NCBI GenBank assembly: GCA_036509775.1
Contig: DATCEZ010000161.1
Span: 1 to 42,419 of the forward strand
Source: Acidimicrobiales bacterium
Lineage (GTDB): Bacteria > Actinomycetota > Acidimicrobiia > Acidimicrobiales > RAAP-2
Reading direction: 5' to 3'
Length of the DNA stretch: 42,419 bases
Shown here: positions 21,388 through 29,254 of the stretch, piece by piece
How the letters are laid out: the number at the start of each line of letters is the position of its first letter
Position numbering within the stretch: position 1 is the stretch's first letter
The notes under the pieces: model-generated
Database searches by the model: none
What the model saw: only the letters and a program-made list of their open reading frames with translations
Told to the model about the DNA's origin: nothing
Translations under genes and position numbers: made by a program

Positions 21388-23100
21388 ATGACCACGTGGG
21401 ACACCACCGTCGACCTCGTGATCGTCGGATCGGGCGGCGGCGGCATGGTGGCTGCGTTGGCCGCTGACGACGCCGGAGCCAGTGCCCTCGTGCTCGAGAA
21501 GCAGGAGCTCATCGGGGGCTCGACCTGCATGTCCGGCGGCATCGCCTGGGTCCCGAACAACCCGGTCATGGCAGCGGACGGCGTCCGTGACTCCTACGAG
21601 GACGCCATGGCCCACTTCGAAGCTGTCGTGGGCGACGTGGGTCCCTGCTCCTCCTTCGAACGGCGCCACGCCTTCTTGACGGCGGGCCCCGAAATGGTCT
21701 CGTTCCTGCAGGACAGCGGCGTCCGGTTCGTCTACTGCCCCGGGTACAGCGACTACTACTCGAGCGCCAAGGGCGGTCACGACAACGGGCGCGGCATTGA
21801 GCCGATCCCCTACGACGGGCGGGTCCTCGGCGAGTGGCTGCCCAAGCTGCAGCAAGGGCTGGCCAAGAGCCTCGGCCTCGCGGTCATGACGAACGAGGCG
21901 CGGTCGCTCTCGCACTACAACCGCAGCCTGCGCGCCTTCGCGATCTCGGCCCGGGTGGTCATCAGGACCTACGCCGCCCGCCTGCGCCGGCAGGAACTGC
22001 TGACGAACGGCGCCTCGCTGATCGCGCAGCTGCTGCGGATCGCCGTCGACCGGGGGATCCCGATCTGGACCGACACCCCGCTGGAAGAGCTGATCGTCGA
22101 GGACGGCCGCGTCGTCGGCGTCCGCACCGTGCGCGACGGCGTCCCCGTGCTGGTGCGGGCCCGCCAAGGTGTGCTCCTGGCCGCCGGCGGCTTCGCTCAC
22201 AACCGCGACATGCGCGTCGAGTTCGGAGGCGATCAGCCCAACCAGGCCAAGTGGTCGATCTCCAACCCGGGCGACACCGGGGACGCCATCCGGAGCGCCA
22301 TGGCCATCGGCGCCCAGACCGATCTGATGGACGAGGCCTGGTGGCTCCCGTCCCCCCGGACGGGACGCTTCGGGCAATCGACGCTCGACCAGGCCCGCCA
22401 GCGGCCGCGCACCATGTACGTCGACGCCGCAGGCAAGCGGTTCGTGAACGAGTCCAACTCCTACATGGAAGTCGGCAAGGCGATGTACGCCCGGGACAAG
22501 ACGAGCAAGGCGGTCCCGTGCTGGCTGGTCTTCGACGACCGCTACCGGAAGCGCTACGCGCACCAGCGCTCCTCGCCGGGACGGTTCCCACGCAAGCTGC
22601 TCAAGAGCGGCATGCTCAAGCAGGCCTGGACGCTGAAGGACCTCGCCGTCATGTGCGGGATCGATCCCACCGGCCTGACCGAGACCGTCGAGCGCTTCAA
22701 CGAGAACGCCGAGCGGGGCATCGACCCCGACTACGGGCGGGGTGAGTCCGCCTACAACCGGGCGCTGGGTGACCCGAACCACAAGGTCCACCCCTGCCTC
22801 GGGCCCATTGACGAGGCCCCGTTCTACGCCTGCCAGGTCGTGCCCGGTGACATCGGCACCTGTGGCGGCCTCCTGACTGACGAGGACGCGCGGGTCGTCG
22901 ACCAGGGCGGTCGGGTGATCGACGGGCTCTACGCCACCGGCAACGGCACCGCCACCGTCATGGGCCGCCACTACCTCGGTCCGGGGGCGAGCATCGCCAA
23001 CACCATGGTCTTCGGCTACGTGGCCGCCCGGCACGCCGCCCGGACCGAGGCCCGGACCGAGGCGCGGACCGAGGCGCGGACCGAGGCTCCCGCCTCGTGA
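21388..23100 (+). CDS. FAD-dependent oxidoreductase, 3-ketosteroid-delta1-dehydrogenase/fumarate-reductase flavoprotein-like
   Basis: ATG 21388 follows GGAGGTCGGGGAGGG. The dinucleotide fold is DLVIVGSGGGGMVAALAADDAGASALVLEK..IGGST, and the C-terminal motif is GLYATGN. The tail carries (ARTE)x4. Confidence 0.9.
   Translation: MTTWDTTVDLVIVGSGGGGMVAALAADDAGASALVLEKQELIGGSTCMSGGIAWVPNNPVMAADGVRDSYEDAMAHFEAVVGDVGPCSSFERRHAFLTAGPEMVSFLQDSGVRFVYCPGYSDYYSSAKGGHDNGRGIEPIPYDGRVLGEWLPKLQQGLAKSLGLAVMTNEARSLSHYNRSLRAFAISARVVIRTYAARLRRQELLTNGASLIAQLLRIAVDRGIPIWTDTPLEELIVEDGRVVGVRTVRDGVPVLVRARQGVLLAAGGFAHNRDMRVEFGGDQPNQAKWSISNPGDTGDAIRSAMAIGAQTDLMDEAWWLPSPRTGRFGQSTLDQARQRPRTMYVDAAGKRFVNESNSYMEVGKAMYARDKTSKAVPCWLVFDDRYRKRYAHQRSSPGRFPRKLLKSGMLKQAWTLKDLAVMCGIDPTGLTETVERFNENAERGIDPDYGRGESAYNRALGDPNHKVHPCLGPIDEAPFYACQVVPGDIGTCGGLLTDEDARVVDQGGRVIDGLYATGNGTATVMGRHYLGPGASIANTMVFGYVAARHAARTEARTEARTEARTEAPAS
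23038..23085 (+). repeat. in-frame tandem repeat 4 x 12 bp (GCSCGGACCGAG) encoding ARTE-ARTE-ARTE-ARTE
   Basis: Units start at 23038, 23050, 23062 and 23074 and differ only at the third base of the Ala codon. The repeat lies 15 nt before the stop of the flavoprotein gene. Confidence 0.9.
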
Positions 23101-23111
23101 GGGAATGGGTC

Positions 23112-23321
23112 CTAGGTCAACGCCTCGCCGTCCCGGCGCACTGTGATGGCATGCGTCGGACACTGGCGCGCCGCCGTCACGATCGCGTCCTCGGTCGCAG
23201 CGTCGGGGTCGACGACGCGCGCAATGGAATCGTCGTCGAGCTCGAAGACCCCCGGCGCGGCGTACACGCAGTTGCCCGAACCCATGCACGAGTCGCGGTC
23301 GATCTCGATCTCCATGCGCAT
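23112..23321 (-). CDS. small [3Fe-4S]-type ferredoxin (P450-partner type)
   Basis: 69 aa from ATG 23321: MRMEIEIDRDSCMGSGNCVYAAPGVFELDDD...QCPTHAITV. The C-x2-G-x2-C...C-P pattern matches single-cluster actinobacterial ferredoxins. Confidence 0.85.
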   Translation of the reverse strand: MRMEIEIDRDSCMGSGNCVYAAPGVFELDDDSIARVVDPDAATEDAIVTAARQCPTHAITVRRDGEALT

Positions 23322-23327
23322 GGTGCG

Positions 23328-23337
23328 ATCGTAGGCT
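23328..23337. promoter_or_regulatory. face-to-face overlapping -10 hexamers: TACGAT (minus, 6 nt before the fdx ATG) and TAGGCT (plus, P450 promoter)
   Basis: The plus strand reads gcgATCGTAGGCTcc. The minus strand reads TACGAT CGCACC ATG, which predicts a leaderless ferredoxin mRNA. TAGGCT at 23332-23337 would give a roughly 28-nt P450 leader carrying GGAAGG. Confidence 0.35.
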
Positions 23338-23371
23338 CCGAAGGCAGGCACAGGGAGACGCAGGAAGGCGC

Positions 23372-24649
23372 ATGAGCGAGTTCGAGAAGGCAAACTTCAT
23401 TACGGATCGGGCCATCCAGAATGATCCGTACCCCTACTTCGACTGGGTGCGGGAGCAGGGTCCGGTGTGGCGGGAGCCACACTTCGGCATGTACATGATC
23501 ACCGGCCACCCCGAGGCGATGGCGATCTACGGCGACCCGGCCACGTTCCCCGAGAACGACCTGCCGTCGGGGACGTACTCGTCGTGCAACGTGGTCTGCG
23601 GATCGTTCGTCAAGTTCCCCGTCCCGATGGAGGGCGACGACGTCAGCGACCTCATTGTGCAGTACCGCAACGAGCTCCCGTTCAGCGACCAGCTCCCCTC
23701 GTTCGACCCGCCGAACCACACGGCACACCGGCATCTGCTGATGCGGCTCATCACACCGAAGCGCCTCAAGGAGAACGAGGACTTCATGTGGCAGTTCGCC
23801 GACCGCCTCATCGACGCGTTCTTCGAGGACGGGTCGTTCGAAATGGTCGGCTCGTACGCCGAGCCGTTCACCCTGACGGTCATCGCCGACCTCGAAGGCG
23901 TGCCCGAGTCGGACCACTCGCTGTTCCGGGAGCGGCTCTCGACCGCGCACCAGGACGTCGGCCACAAACCCCTGGAGTTCCTCTACGAGCGCTTCAACGA
24001 CTACATCGAGGATCGCCGGCGCACCCCGCGCAACGACGTCCTCACCGGCCTGGCCACCGCCACGTTCCCCGACGGCTCGACCCCTGAGGCCAAGGACGCC
24101 GCCCTGATCGCCGCCAACCTCTTCGCCGGCGGCCAGGAGACCACCGTGCGCCTGCTCTCGTTCGCGCTGCGCATGCTGGGCGAACGGCCCGACCTCCAAG
24201 AGGCCGTGCGGGCTGACCGCGAGAAGATCCCGAACTTCATTGAGGAGACCCTCCGGCTCGAGAGCCCCCTGCGGACCCAGTTCCGGATGGCCCGCGTCGC
24301 CACGCAGCTCGGCGGTGTCGACATCCCGGCCGGGGCATCACTGATGCTCATCCCCGGCGCCTGCAACCGGGACCCCCGGGTGTTCGATCACCCCGACGAG
24401 TTCGACATCGACCGCCCGAACGCGCGGCAGCACATCGCCTTCGGGCACGGGATCCACACCTGTGCGGGAGCGCCGCTCGCCCGCGCCGAGGGCCGGGTCA
24501 CGCTCAATCGCTTCCTCGACCGCACGGCGGACATCTCCATTTCCGAAGAGCACCACGGTCCGGCGGACGCTCGCCGCTACGAGTACCTCCCGACCTTCTT
24601 CCTGCGTGGCCTTCAGAGCCTCAATCTCGAGTTCACTCCAGCCGGCTGA
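23372..24649 (+). CDS. cytochrome P450
   Basis: 425 aa with the heme-thiolate loop FGHGIHTCAGAPLA, the I-helix AGGQETT and the K-helix ETLRL (ExxR). Confidence 0.95.
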   Translation: MSEFEKANFITDRAIQNDPYPYFDWVREQGPVWREPHFGMYMITGHPEAMAIYGDPATFPENDLPSGTYSSCNVVCGSFVKFPVPMEGDDVSDLIVQYRNELPFSDQLPSFDPPNHTAHRHLLMRLITPKRLKENEDFMWQFADRLIDAFFEDGSFEMVGSYAEPFTLTVIADLEGVPESDHSLFRERLSTAHQDVGHKPLEFLYERFNDYIEDRRRTPRNDVLTGLATATFPDGSTPEAKDAALIAANLFAGGQETTVRLLSFALRMLGERPDLQEAVRADREKIPNFIEETLRLESPLRTQFRMARVATQLGGVDIPAGASLMLIPGACNRDPRVFDHPDEFDIDRPNARQHIAFGHGIHTCAGAPLARAEGRVTLNRFLDRTADISISEEHHGPADARRYEYLPTFFLRGLQSLNLEFTPAG

Positions 24650-24672
24650 GGAGCATGGCGGGACCGCTCACT

Positions 24673-25482
24673 TCAGGACGGAGACGTGTCCCCGCTCTCC
24701 GGGGGTCGCAGCGTCGACATGATCAGCTTCGTCTGCGCATAGGGCGGCCCGGCCGTGGTCCCGCCGTCGATGGGCAGCACGACGCCGGTCACCTGTGCCG
24801 CGCGGTCGCTGGAAAGCCAGACGACAGCGTTGGCTACGTCCTCGGGCTGCGCTTCGCGCCCCAAGGGCTGCATGTACTTCAAAACCGGCCCCATCTCGTA
24901 GGTCGTGATCCCGGTGCGGATATGGGCGGGCGTCAGGCAGTTGACCCTGATGTTGTAGGGCGCCAGATCGATGGCCATGCACTTGCTGGCGTGGGCGATG
25001 GCCGCCTTCGACGCCCGGTATGAAATCATGCCGGTGCCCGCGTTGATGGCGGCGATCGAGGCGTTGTTGATGATCGATCCCCCGCCGTGATCCTTCATGT
25101 AGCGCCCCGCGCGCTGGGAGCCGACGATAACGCCGAAGAGGTTCACGTTCATGATCCGGGAGAAGTCTTCGAGGTCGTCCGGCAGGAACCGCTTGAGGGG
25201 GCTGCCGATCCCGGCGTTGTTGAACATGATGTCCAGGCCGCCGAAGCGATCGACGGCGAAGTCGACCAACGCCTGCACCTGGTCCGCCTCACTGACGTCG
25301 GTCTGCTTGAAGGCAGCCGCGTCGCCGATGCTGTCGGCCAGCTGCTGCCCGCTCTCGGCGTCGACGTCCCCGATGACCACACTGGCCCCTTCGACCACGA
25401 GCAGCTCGGCTGTCGCCTTCCCGATGCCGCCCGCTCCGCCCGTCACGACGGCAACTTTTCCCTGGAGCTCTTGCGTCTGCAT
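24673..25482 (-). CDS. SDR family oxidoreductase
   Basis: Motifs KVAVVTGGAGGIGKA, NNAG and YRASKAA. It is convergent with the P450 gene across a 23-nt gap. Confidence 0.92.
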   Translation of the reverse strand: MQTQELQGKVAVVTGGAGGIGKATAELLVVEGASVVIGDVDAESGQQLADSIGDAAAFKQTDVSEADQVQALVDFAVDRFGGLDIMFNNAGIGSPLKRFLPDDLEDFSRIMNVNLFGVIVGSQRAGRYMKDHGGGSIINNASIAAINAGTGMISYRASKAAIAHASKCMAIDLAPYNIRVNCLTPAHIRTGITTYEMGPVLKYMQPLGREAQPEDVANAVVWLSSDRAAQVTGVVLPIDGGTTAGPPYAQTKLIMSTLRPPESGDTSPS

Positions 25483-25488
25483 GCCATG

Positions 25489-25494
25489 ACACTA
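25489..25494 (-). promoter_or_regulatory. -10 hexamer TAGTGT exactly 6 nt upstream of the SDR ATG (leaderless transcript predicted)
   Basis: The minus strand reads AGACCG TAGTGT CATGGC ATG CAG, with no SD. Confidence 0.45.
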
Positions 25495-25583
25495 CGGTCT
25501 CGTAGCAAATGGTGCCGAAGCGATCCGGCTCTGCACGGAACGATTCGAGCCCGGGCGCACCGAACGAAGGAGAGGACGACGTC

Positions 25584-26948
25584 ATGACCCTCGACCACCG
25601 CCGCCACAGCGCTCTCGGCATCCCCCACGAGGTCGTGGTCTCCGACCAGATTCCTAAAGAGCGCTACTACGACCCTGAGTTTTTCGCCCTCGAGGCCGAG
25701 CGGCTCTGGCCCCGGGTCTGGCAGATGGCCTGCCGGCTCGAAGAGATCCCCGGTGTGCGTGACTTCGTCGAGTACGAGATCCTCGACCGCTCCGTCATTG
25801 TGGTGCGCACGTCGGAGACCACGGTGGCGGCGTACGAGAACGCGTGCCGCCACCGTGGGGTCAAGGTCGTGGAGGGCTGCGGGACGTTGAAGTCCGGCTT
25901 CACCTGCCCTTTCCACGGCTGGTGCTACGGCCTCGACGGCAAAAACACCTTTATCTCTCGGGCCAAGTCCTTCTCCGAGCAGAACCTCGAGCCGGGCGCC
26001 ATCGACCTGGTCCCGGTGCGTTGTGAGCTCTGGGGTGGCTGTGCGTGGATCAACCTCTCCGATGACGCCCCGCCGCTGCGCAGCTGCATTGAGCCCTTCG
26101 CCACCATCCTCGACGCCTGGAAGGTCGAGGCCATGCGGGCCGAGTGGTGGCACGCCTTCAGGCTCCCGGTCAACTGGAAGTTGGCGCAGGAGGCCTTTCT
26201 GGAGCAGTACCACGTGATCGAGACCCACCCCGAGCTGGTCATCCCCAAGCGCTTCGCACCCAAGGACCCCGCCGCCTTCGACCCCGAGGTCTTCATCGAC
26301 GCCGAGCTGCATTACCTCAAGGTCATGAGCGAGGGCATGGCGGGCATGGTCCATGCCAACGACGTGGCCGTCGCCGAACGCCAGCGCACCATGGAGCTGC
26401 CCAAGGACCCCGACGGGGCCATGGAGCGGTGGCACCGCACCCTGAACGACGCCGTGGTGGCCTGGCACACCGACCGTGGCGCCGACATCCCCGACCTCAA
26501 CAAGCTGGCGGCCCGGGGCATCGGCGAGACGATGTACTACTGCTTCCCCCACTACTTCGTGCTGCCCATGTACTCGAGTGCCTCGGCCTATCGCTTCCGG
26601 CCGCTCGGGCCCGAGGAGACCCTCATGGAGATCTGGTCGCTCACCCGCTACCCCGAAGGTGAGGAGCCACCGGTGCCGCCGCGGCCCGAGGTCTGGGACC
26701 ACGACGATCCACGGGTCCCCCCGATCCCCACCCAGGACTTCTCCAACCTGCCGCGCCAACAGCGGGGCCTGCACAACAAGGGCTTCGAGTTCATGCGTCT
26801 CTCCGAGGGCATCGAAGGCGGCATCGCCAATTTCGAGCGCACCCTCGACGGCTACCTGGCGGGGCTCTCCGACGACGAGCTCGCCCCGGCGCTGCGCGAA
26901 GTCAACGTGAACCCCCTGGAGCGACCGGTGGTCGATCTGGGGTTCTGA
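25584..26948 (+). CDS. Rieske [2Fe-2S] non-heme-iron oxygenase, alpha/catalytic subunit
   Basis: ATG 25584 follows GAAGGAGAGGA. The Rieske motif is CRHRG-x17-CPFHGW. The candidate mononuclear-iron motif is EQYHVIETH. No beta subunit or reductase gene is nearby. Confidence 0.9.
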   Translation: MTLDHRRHSALGIPHEVVVSDQIPKERYYDPEFFALEAERLWPRVWQMACRLEEIPGVRDFVEYEILDRSVIVVRTSETTVAAYENACRHRGVKVVEGCGTLKSGFTCPFHGWCYGLDGKNTFISRAKSFSEQNLEPGAIDLVPVRCELWGGCAWINLSDDAPPLRSCIEPFATILDAWKVEAMRAEWWHAFRLPVNWKLAQEAFLEQYHVIETHPELVIPKRFAPKDPAAFDPEVFIDAELHYLKVMSEGMAGMVHANDVAVAERQRTMELPKDPDGAMERWHRTLNDAVVAWHTDRGADIPDLNKLAARGIGETMYYCFPHYFVLPMYSSASAYRFRPLGPEETLMEIWSLTRYPEGEEPPVPPRPEVWDHDDPRVPPIPTQDFSNLPRQQRGLHNKGFEFMRLSEGIEGGIANFERTLDGYLAGLSDDELAPALREVNVNPLERPVVDLGF

Positions 26949-27025
26949 GGAGCAGCCCGGCCGGCGCGGTCGCCGACTTCTCCCTTTACATTGGGTCGAA
27001 GGAAGACGATCGAGAGGAGCCGACC

Positions 27026-27472
27026 ATGGCCAAGGTGCTCTACACCGCGCGGGCCCACGTCACCGGCGGGCGCGAGCAGGGACATGGGGTGACCGACGAC
27101 GGGGCGTTGGACGTGCAACTCCGCACGCCGACGGAAATGGGGGGCGCCGGCCGCGGCACGAACCCCGAGCAGCTCTTCGCGGTGGGCTACGCCGCGTGTT
27201 TCGAGGGGGCGCTCGGAGTCGTGGGACGTCGCGAGAAGGTGGACCTCGGTGAGGTCTCCATCGAGTCCGAGGTCGGCCTGATCACGACCGAGAACCGCGG
27301 CTTCAACGTCGCCGTCGGGCTCAATGTCTCGCTCCCGGGCATCACCGACGCCGAGCGGGCCGTCGCCATCGTGGCCGCGGCGCACGAGGTGTGCCCGTAC
27401 TCGAACGCCACCCGGGGCAACGTCGAGGTGACCTTGACGGCCAACGGGAAAGCAGTGACTCCCACCGCCTGA
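27026..27472 (+). CDS. ohr: organic hydroperoxide resistance protein (Ohr/OsmC family)
   Basis: 148 aa with NPEQLFAVGYAACF (first catalytic Cys) and HEVCPYSNATRGN (second Cys). GAGAGGAG forms the SD. Confidence 0.9.
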   Translation: MAKVLYTARAHVTGGREQGHGVTDDGALDVQLRTPTEMGGAGRGTNPEQLFAVGYAACFEGALGVVGRREKVDLGEVSIESEVGLITTENRGFNVAVGLNVSLPGITDAERAVAIVAAAHEVCPYSNATRGNVEVTLTANGKAVTPTA

Positions 27473-27489
27473 GTCAGACCGTGACCTAA

Positions 27490-27511
27490 CCTCGGCCACC
27501 ATGGCCGAAGG
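27490..27511 (+). terminator. hairpin downstream of ohr (possible U-tract-less terminator)
   Basis: CCTCGGCCA-cca-TGGCCGaAGG: a 7-bp perfect stem plus 2 more pairs across a 1-nt bulge. It starts 18 nt after the ohr stop and has no T-run. Confidence 0.25.
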
Positions 27512-27544
27512 CGCTCGCGACGTGGCGGAAGCAGCGCGGACCTG

Positions 27545-29080
27545 ATGGATCGCCGCACCTTTCTGCGCGGGGCCACCGTGCTCGGGTCCGGCGTGTTCGC
27601 CGGTGCAGCGGTGGCCGGGTGTGCCACCTCGAGTCCGCACAATCAGGGCGGCGGCACCTCCACCTCGACGGCGAACCACGGCCCACCCGACTGGTCGAAG
27701 CTCGCCGCGTCGCTCAGCGGCATGCTGCTCCTCCCCAGCGACGGCGGCTATACCGCGGCCGGCCACCTGTACAACAGCGTCTACGCGCAACAGGCGGCGG
27801 CGATCGCCCAGTGCCAATCGGCCGGCGACGTGCAGCGCTGCCTCGCCTTCGCCCGCGACGCTGATGTGCCGGTGGCGGCGCGCTCGGGCGGCCACAGCTA
27901 CGCCGCCTATTCGTCCTGTCCCGGCCTCGTCATCGACGTCACGAACCTGGACACGGTGTCCGTGGGTGGCGGAGGGCTCGCCACGGTGGGGGCCGGCACC
28001 ACCCTCATTGACGTCTACAACCAACTCGCGGCGGCGGGCCGGCTGCTCCCCGGCGGCTCGTGCCCGACGGTGGGCATCGCCGGCCTGGCCCTGGGTGGCG
28101 GCATCGGCGTGTTCGCCCGCGCCTACGGGCTCACGTGCGACCAGCTCCAGTCCGTCGAGCTCGTGACCGCGGACGGCACCGTGCACCAGTGCGGGCCGAA
28201 TCAGGACGAGGACCTCTACTGGGCCTGCCGGGGCGGCGGGGGCGGCAACTTCGGCGTCGTGACGTCATTCGAATTCCGCACGCAACCCATTCCCGAGGCG
28301 ATCACGCTCTTCACGCTCGAGTGGCCCTGGGGCGCTGCCGGTGACGTGCTCAGCGCGTGGCTCCAGTGGATCCAGTCCGCACCCAACGAGCTCTGGGCCA
28401 ACTGCCAGCTCTACAGCAGCGGGTCCGTTGGCAGTGGTCTGGTCAAGGTGACCGGCGTCTTCGTCGGTTCGCGGAGCGCATGCACCGACGCACTCGCCCC
28501 CCTCACCACCGCCGTCGGCACGGGGACGACCTCCCGCTTCGTCGGACCTGAGGAGTACCTCGCGGCCACCATGATTGAAGCCGGCTGCGAAGGGGAGACG
28601 GTGGCCCAGTGTGCGGTGCCGGTCCAGTCGCCGTTCGTCGCCAAGTCCTCCTACGTCGGTGGCGCTCTCTCCGGCAGCACCGTGCAGACCATCACCTCTG
28701 CCTTGTCCTCCTTCCCCTCCTCGCTGCCCGGCGCCGGTGCCGGCGTCGTCTTCGACGGGTACGGCGGCGTCATCAACCAGGTCGGAGCGGGCGACACCGC
28801 GTTCGTCCACCGGTCAGCCGTGACGTGCGCCCAGTACTCCGTCACGTATGCGGGAGCGCCCCCGTCGCAGAGCCAGAAATCGACTGCCGCCGAATGGCTC
28901 GACCATCTGCAGCAGGCTTTCGCGCCGGCGAGTCAGGGTTCCTATCAGAACTACATCGACCCCACCCTGACCAATTGGCAGCAGGCCTACTACGGGTCCA
29001 ACCTGCCCCGCCTGCAACAGGTGAAACGGAAATACGACCCCGACCAGGTGTTCCGTTTCGCCCAGTCGATCCCGGCCTGA
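27545..29080 (+). CDS. secreted FAD-linked oxidase, berberine-bridge-enzyme (BBE)-like; Tat signal plus lipobox
   Basis: The N-terminus MDRRTFLRGATVLGSGVFAGAAVAGC has twin-Arg followed by a lipobox Cys. RSGGHSY and GSCPTVGIAG are the His and Cys sites used for bicovalent FAD in BBE-like enzymes. The C-terminal BBE motif is NYID...YYGSNLPRLQQVKRKYDPDQVF. Confidence 0.9.
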   Translation: MDRRTFLRGATVLGSGVFAGAAVAGCATSSPHNQGGGTSTSTANHGPPDWSKLAASLSGMLLLPSDGGYTAAGHLYNSVYAQQAAAIAQCQSAGDVQRCLAFARDADVPVAARSGGHSYAAYSSCPGLVIDVTNLDTVSVGGGGLATVGAGTTLIDVYNQLAAAGRLLPGGSCPTVGIAGLALGGGIGVFARAYGLTCDQLQSVELVTADGTVHQCGPNQDEDLYWACRGGGGGNFGVVTSFEFRTQPIPEAITLFTLEWPWGAAGDVLSAWLQWIQSAPNELWANCQLYSSGSVGSGLVKVTGVFVGSRSACTDALAPLTTAVGTGTTSRFVGPEEYLAATMIEAGCEGETVAQCAVPVQSPFVAKSSYVGGALSGSTVQTITSALSSFPSSLPGAGAGVVFDGYGGVINQVGAGDTAFVHRSAVTCAQYSVTYAGAPPSQSQKSTAAEWLDHLQQAFAPASQGSYQNYIDPTLTNWQQAYYGSNLPRLQQVKRKYDPDQVFRFAQSIPA

Positions 29081-29098
29081 GCCCCACGTTGCATCCGA

Positions 29099-29254
29099 TC
29101 AGGAGCTGATGCTCCAGTCCTCGGCGTTCCAGGTGATGCCTGTGCTCCATGTGTTCGGCAGCACGCCTTTCAGGTTGTTGGACCAGTCGAAGAACTTCCG
29201 TGGGACGCGCCGGACAGCGGCCAGGATCTGGGTCTGACCCGCCCTGGCCGTGCT
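29099..29254 (-). pseudogene. start-less 51-codon relic resembling the extreme C-terminus of a family-5 solute-binding protein
   Basis: Hand translation gives STARAGQTQILAAVRRVPRKFFDWSNNLKGVLPNTWSTGITWNAEDWSISS*. It contains no start codon and is in-frame with, and directly behind, the TAG of the GGDEF gene. The family call rests on the remembered ...L-K-G-x-x-P-N...W-S-I ending pattern. Confidence 0.35.

Noticed and set aside
26949-27025. Possible OhrR operator upstream of ohr.
   Set aside because: There is no AT-rich inverted repeat of the OhrR type and no adjacent ohrR gene. Only a TACATT -10-like hexamer and the SD are visible.
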